Part shown: positions 58,489 to 64,000 of the stretch, piece by piece
How the letters are laid out: each line of letters starts with the position of its first letter
Position numbering within the stretch: position 1 is the stretch's first letter
Assembly: GCA_963752475.1 (NCBI GenBank)
Contig: CAVVYR010000008.1
Location: forward strand, 192,001-256,000
Source of the DNA: an uncultured Chloroflexia bacterium
GTDB taxonomy: Bacteria > Chloroflexota > Limnocylindria > Limnocylindrales > CSP1-4
DNA: 64,000 nt
Reading direction: 5' to 3'
Position numbers and translations under genes: made by a program
Notes under the pieces: model-generated
Told to the model about the DNA's origin: nothing
Seen by the model: the letters and a program-made list of their open reading frames with translations, nothing else
The model's database searches: none

Positions 58489-60045
58489 ATGGCCGGCGGA
58501 TCCACCTCCGCGCCCGACTACTCGACGGGCTATCGCGCCCTCGCCTCGAGCTACCGCACCCGGCTCTTCATGGCCATCGTGGTCGTGGTCGCCGTGGTCC
58601 TCGGCCTCGTCCTGCTGTCCCTGCCGCGACTGCTGGAGGGCTTCTTCCAGGAGCAGGAGCAGATCGTTCTCGACGCGCGCGTCGAGTCCGTAGCCACCAT
58701 CCTCGCGGGCGAGCTGGCTGAGGTCTCAGCCAGTGGCACTCGCCCACTCATCACGCCTGGCGAGTCGGCACCCGGTGGATCGACCGAGTGGACGCTCGGT
58801 GACGCCGAGGAGGGCTCCGTGCGGGAGTTGACCGATCGCGTGGCCCAGGCCGACGTGCACGTGGCCCTCGCACCAGCGCCCGGCGAGGCCGCGGTTTGGG
58901 AGCTCGACGTGGCCTATCCCGATGACGCGGGCGACGATGGCCAGACGCGCGACCCGGACCTCTCGGCCACCTTCAGCACGACGGTCGACGACCTCTGGTA
59001 TCCGTCCGCCCCCGAGCGGGGGCTGACGGTCACTCTGAGCAACCCCTTCACCTCGTACGAGCAGACCACCGCCACCATCACCGAGGTCCTGCTCAACGCT
59101 GCTCTTGTGGCCCTGGTCGTGGCCCTGCTGACCGCGCTGCTGCTGGCCCAGTGGCTGGCGCGTCCGCTACGCCGGCTGACCGTGACCTCGCGCCTGCTGG
59201 CCGAGGGCCATCTTGACGCACGCGTGGAGATCCCCGCCAACTCCCCGCCGGAGGTGCAGGAGCTGTCCGATGCCTTCAACGACATGGCCGAGCGACTGCA
59301 GGAGTCCGTCGTGATCATCAGTGCCGATCGAGACCGCAGCCGCGAGTTCGTGGCCGACGTCTCACATGAGTTGCGCACGCCCATCGCAGCCATGCGCACG
59401 TTCAACGAGCTGCTGCTCGAGGGCGCGGCCGAGGACCCCGAGACGCGTGAGGAGTTCCTGCGCGGCAGCCGCCAGCAACTGGAGCGGCTCGACTGGCTGG
59501 CAGCCAATCTGCTGGAGCTCTCCAAGCTCGACTCGGGTCTGGTGGCCCTGCAACTGCGTGACGAAGACCTGCGCACGACGGTGGAGGATTCGGTGGACCA
59601 TGCCGAGCCGATGGCCGAGCGCAAGGGCGTGGCGCTGCGCACGCATCTGCCCGACACCGAGGTGAGCCTGCCACACGATCCTCCGCGCTTGGGCCAGGTC
59701 CTGGGCAACCTCATCGGCAACGCCGTCAAGTTCACGCCCGAGGGTGGGGCCGTCGACGTGACGGTCGAAGCCACTCCCGAGGGCGCGACCCTGGCCGTCA
59801 GCGACACCGGCGTGGGCATCGATCCCGATGAGCTCGAGCACGTCTTCGACCGCTTCTATCGTGGTACACGACGGCGCGTGGAGCGGGCTGGCGGCTCCGG
59901 GCTCGGGCTGGCCATCGCTCGTTCGATCGTGGACATGCACCACGGGCGCATCTCCATCTCCAGTACGCCCGACGTGGGGACGGAGGTCGTGGTCACGTTG
60001 CCGCGGGACGTTGCGGCTTCTTCACCCGCCGACTCCCGGGGTTGA
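58489..60045 (+). CDS. HAMP-domain sensor histidine kinase
   Basis: 2 TM segments, HAMP, SHELRTP, NLIGNAVKF, DTGVGI, GSGLGLAI. Confidence 0.95.
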   Translation: MAGGSTSAPDYSTGYRALASSYRTRLFMAIVVVVAVVLGLVLLSLPRLLEGFFQEQEQIVLDARVESVATILAGELAEVSASGTRPLITPGESAPGGSTEWTLGDAEEGSVRELTDRVAQADVHVALAPAPGEAAVWELDVAYPDDAGDDGQTRDPDLSATFSTTVDDLWYPSAPERGLTVTLSNPFTSYEQTTATITEVLLNAALVALVVALLTALLLAQWLARPLRRLTVTSRLLAEGHLDARVEIPANSPPEVQELSDAFNDMAERLQESVVIISADRDRSREFVADVSHELRTPIAAMRTFNELLLEGAAEDPETREEFLRGSRQQLERLDWLAANLLELSKLDSGLVALQLRDEDLRTTVEDSVDHAEPMAERKGVALRTHLPDTEVSLPHDPPRLGQVLGNLIGNAVKFTPEGGAVDVTVEATPEGATLAVSDTGVGIDPDELEHVFDRFYRGTRRRVERAGGSGLGLAIARSIVDMHHGRISISSTPDVGTEVVVTLPRDVAASSPADSRG

Positions 60046-60108
60046 ATCAGCGAGCCCTAGTCTTGGGAGCCCGTCGTTCCGTGCCCGTGACCGGAGTAGC
60101 TCGCCCAT

Positions 60109-61428
<1,320 letters not shown>

Positions 61429-61437
61429 CGCGAGCGC

Positions 61438-61797
61438 TCAACGCTGGCGCCGGATCTCCACCTCGGCCCATTCCACCGACGCGTCCATCGGCACGGCCAG
61501 CTTGCGGACGCGGATGATGACCGCCGCAGCCTTGGGCGCGGCCTCCAGCGCACCCCGCGCGAGCGCGCCGGCGAGGCCCTCGAGCAGCGCATAGCTGTGG
61601 CCTTCGGTCGTGCGCTCGGTCATCGTCACCAAGGGCCCGTAGTCGATCGTATCGGCCAGGTCGTCGGTAGCCGTGGCCGCCGAGAGATCGGCCTCGAGCA
61701 CCAGGTCGATCTCCAGCATCTGGGGGAAGGCCCGCTCGTCTGGGGTCGCACCGATGCGGCACTCGTAGCGCATGGAGTCGAGCGAGATCCGGTCCAT
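61438..61797 (-). CDS. folB: Dihydroneopterin aldolase
   Basis: MDRISL..IG...ER..PQ, DDLADTIDY, LLEGLA, VRK. Confidence 0.92.
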   Translation of the reverse strand: MDRISLDSMRYECRIGATPDERAFPQMLEIDLVLEADLSAATATDDLADTIDYGPLVTMTERTTEGHSYALLEGLAGALARGALEAAPKAAAVIIRVRKLAVPMDASVEWAEVEIRRQR

Positions 61798-61808
61798 CTG
61801 CGTGCCTC

Positions 61809-62666
61809 CTAGGGCTGGGTCTGTCCTTCGGTCCAGCCACCTCGGATGATGGCATCGCTCATGCGGGCGGTGCGGACGTTGGCGGCCACGTCATGCACGC
61901 GCACGATGTCGACACCAGCGGCGATCCCGAGGGCGGTCGTGGCCAGCGTGCCCTCCAGACGCTCGTCGGCGGGCAGGTCGAGGACCTTGCCGATGGTGGA
62001 CTTGCGGCTCGTGCCCAGGAGCACGGCACGGTTGAGTCCCGCCAGCATCGCGAGGTTACCCAGCACGGCCAGGTTCTGCTCCGCGGTCTTGCCGAAGCCG
62101 ATGCCGGGATCGATGATCAGCGACTCCGGTCGGCAGCCCTGCGCCTCAGCTTGTTCCAGCGTGGCGCGCAGGTCCCCCAACGTCTCAGACACGACGTCCT
62201 CGTAGACCGGCTGAGCTCGGCTGTGCATCACGATGTAGGGCGCGTCGTGGGCCGCGGCTACGGGTGCCAGGGCCGCCCCGGCGGTGACGCCGGCGACGTC
62301 GTTGATGATGTCCGCACCGGCCTCGAGGGCCGCCCTTGCCACCTGCTCCTTGCTCGTGTCGACGCTGATGGGCAGGCCCGAGGATTCCTCGCGGATGGCG
62401 CCCACGACCGCCACCACCCGCTCCAGCTCATCCTCCACGCTCACCGGCTCGTGGCCGGGACGGGTGGACTCGCCACCGACGTCGATGATGTCGGCGCCTT
62501 CGGCGACCATGCGCCGGGCCTGGGCCACGGCAGCCACGACGGGACTGCCGCCTGCGAACAGGCCATCACCGCTGAACGAGTCGGGCGTCATGTTGACGAT
62601 GCCCATGACGTAGGTGCGCTCGCCGAAGCGCAGCTCGAGGTCACGGACGCGGATGGCTTCAGGCAT
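61809..62666 (-). CDS. folP: Dihydropteroate synthase
   Basis: MGIVNMTPDSFS, DVGGESTRPG, DPGIGFGKT, SRKS, VRVHDV. Confidence 0.96.
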   Translation of the reverse strand: MPEAIRVRDLELRFGERTYVMGIVNMTPDSFSGDGLFAGGSPVVAAVAQARRMVAEGADIIDVGGESTRPGHEPVSVEDELERVVAVVGAIREESSGLPISVDTSKEQVARAALEAGADIINDVAGVTAGAALAPVAAAHDAPYIVMHSRAQPVYEDVVSETLGDLRATLEQAEAQGCRPESLIIDPGIGFGKTAEQNLAVLGNLAMLAGLNRAVLLGTSRKSTIGKVLDLPADERLEGTLATTALGIAAGVDIVRVHDVAANVRTARMSDAIIRGGWTEGQTQP

Positions 62667-63975
62667 CGGTATCGCTGATGGTGCCCGCAACGAGCGCGCC
62701 GCGCAGGCGACCCACCAGATAGAGGGATCCTGCGATGATCAGCGGCCCATCCGCAGCTACGGCAGCGTCGAGCGCCCGCTCCAGGGCAGCATCGGCGTTC
62801 GAGATGGAGACTGCCTGGTGACCGCTGGCGTCGGCCCACGCGGTCGCGAGCTCCGTGGCCGGCAGGGCGCGATCGGTGTCGGGCACGACGGTCGTGATGC
62901 ACCCGGCGGCACGGAGGCGCTCGGAGCTGGCGAGGGCGTGGAGCATGTCGCCGACCTCCTTGTCGCGCATGACGCCGAGCAGCAGCGTGGGGCGGCCGCT
63001 CGGCAGCTCGTCGGCCAACGCATCGACCGTCGAGGCCAGCACGGCCATGCCGTCGGGGTTGTGGGCGCCGTCGATGATGATGGTGAGGCCCTCCCGCTCG
63101 ATGAGCTCCAGCCGGCCCGGCCACCGCGTGCGCTCGAAACCGGCACGAACGGCCTCGTCGGAGACCGCCGCGACGCCACATTCCCGAAGGGCCTCGATGC
63201 CGCCCAGGGCGATAGCCGCGTTGGCAGCCTGATGGCGACCCAGCAGCGGCAGCCGCACGTCCCCGAGCCGGTCATGCCGGAGCACGAGCCCTCCGAGATC
63301 CATCGTCGCGATCGGTAGCGGCGCGCACTCGGTCAGGGGTACGTCGGCCTCCGCTGCGCGCCTGCGTACGACCTCGAGCGCGACACCCTCGGTACCGGTC
63401 ACCGCCCGCGCGCCGGGCTTGATGATGGCGGCCTTCTCGGCCGCCACCGACTCGATGGTGTGGCCCAGGAACTCCTGGTGGTCGAGCCCGACATGCGTGA
63501 CCACGGCCACATCGGGGTCCCACGTGTTGGAGGCGTCGAGGCGGCCGCCGAGGCCGACCTCCATGACCATGACGTCGACGGCTCGGCGCGCCGCCTGCAG
63601 GTAGGCCGCGGCGGTGAGTAGCTCGAACTCGGTCGCGAGCCCGAACTCGTCACGGCCCGGCTCGCTGGCCTCGAGCACCTCTTCCAGCAGGGCATCGAGT
63701 TCGGCGGCGCCGATGGGCTCACCGTCGATGGTCACGCGCTCGCGGTAGCTGTGCAGGTGCGGGCTGGGCGACATACCCGTCGAGTGGCCGGCAGCGGCAA
63801 GGACCGAGGCCACGATCGCGGCCACGCTGCCCTTGCCGTTGGTGCCGGCGATGAGCACGCCGCGCAGCGAGCCCTGCGGATCGTCGAGGTTCCGAAGGAG
63901 TGCCTGCATCCGCCCGAGACCGAGGCGGATGCCGATGTGACCCCGCGCGCGGATACGAGTCAGCGCGTCCGTCAC
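62659..63975 (-). CDS. folC: Folylpolyglutamate synthase / dihydrofolate synthase
   Basis: AGTNGKGS, SPHL, EVGLGGRLDASN, WPGRLE, DGAHNP, GSLYLVG. Confidence 0.96.
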   Translation of the reverse strand: MTDALTRIRARGHIGIRLGLGRMQALLRNLDDPQGSLRGVLIAGTNGKGSVAAIVASVLAAAGHSTGMSPSPHLHSYRERVTIDGEPIGAAELDALLEEVLEASEPGRDEFGLATEFELLTAAAYLQAARRAVDVMVMEVGLGGRLDASNTWDPDVAVVTHVGLDHQEFLGHTIESVAAEKAAIIKPGARAVTGTEGVALEVVRRRAAEADVPLTECAPLPIATMDLGGLVLRHDRLGDVRLPLLGRHQAANAAIALGGIEALRECGVAAVSDEAVRAGFERTRWPGRLELIEREGLTIIIDGAHNPDGMAVLASTVDALADELPSGRPTLLLGVMRDKEVGDMLHALASSERLRAAGCITTVVPDTDRALPATELATAWADASGHQAVSISNADAALERALDAAVAADGPLIIAGSLYLVGRLRGALVAGTISDTDA

Positions 63976-64000
63976 GTCAGAAGGCGACGATCTCTTCCTC

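Noticed and set aside
63977-64000. End of an upstream minus-strand gene (..EEEIVAF*)
   Set aside because: Seven codons are too few to identify

Overview
High-GC (about 70%, by eye) bacterial chromosomal window. Gene style suggests Chloroflexota- or Actinomycetota-like, but that is inference only. It has about 65 CDS and no rRNA, tRNA, CRISPR array or recognisable transposase. Main blocks: metA-metY; an AfuABC-like ABC importer; rppH; ppk2; a VIT-vWA protein; a sugar-kinase/cupin cluster; a divergent purine-nucleoside-phosphorylase homologue facing a split peptide-type ABC system; a complete hdrC-hdrB-hdrA-mvhD-mvhG-mvhA operon with maturation protease and a cysteine-free mini-HypA; a ~1900-aa subtilisin with 13 PASTA repeats; a reductive-dehalogenase-like protein; a TetR/ABC exporter pair; mscL; rplY; an OmpR/HK/HtrA module; folC-folP-folB. 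Best non-coding signals: (i) a ~245-bp structured element present twice, ungapped at a constant offset of 9563 bp, bracketing the hydrogenase operon; (ii) a candidate small RNA with C/U-rich anti-Shine-Dalgarno-like loops behind an ECF-type promoter; (iii) four operators phased at exactly 18 bp; (iv) a strong leaderless-transcript signature. Frameshifts cluster at 10.6-20.7 kb and are most likely sequencing or consensus errors. All calls come from reading motifs; no database search was run.
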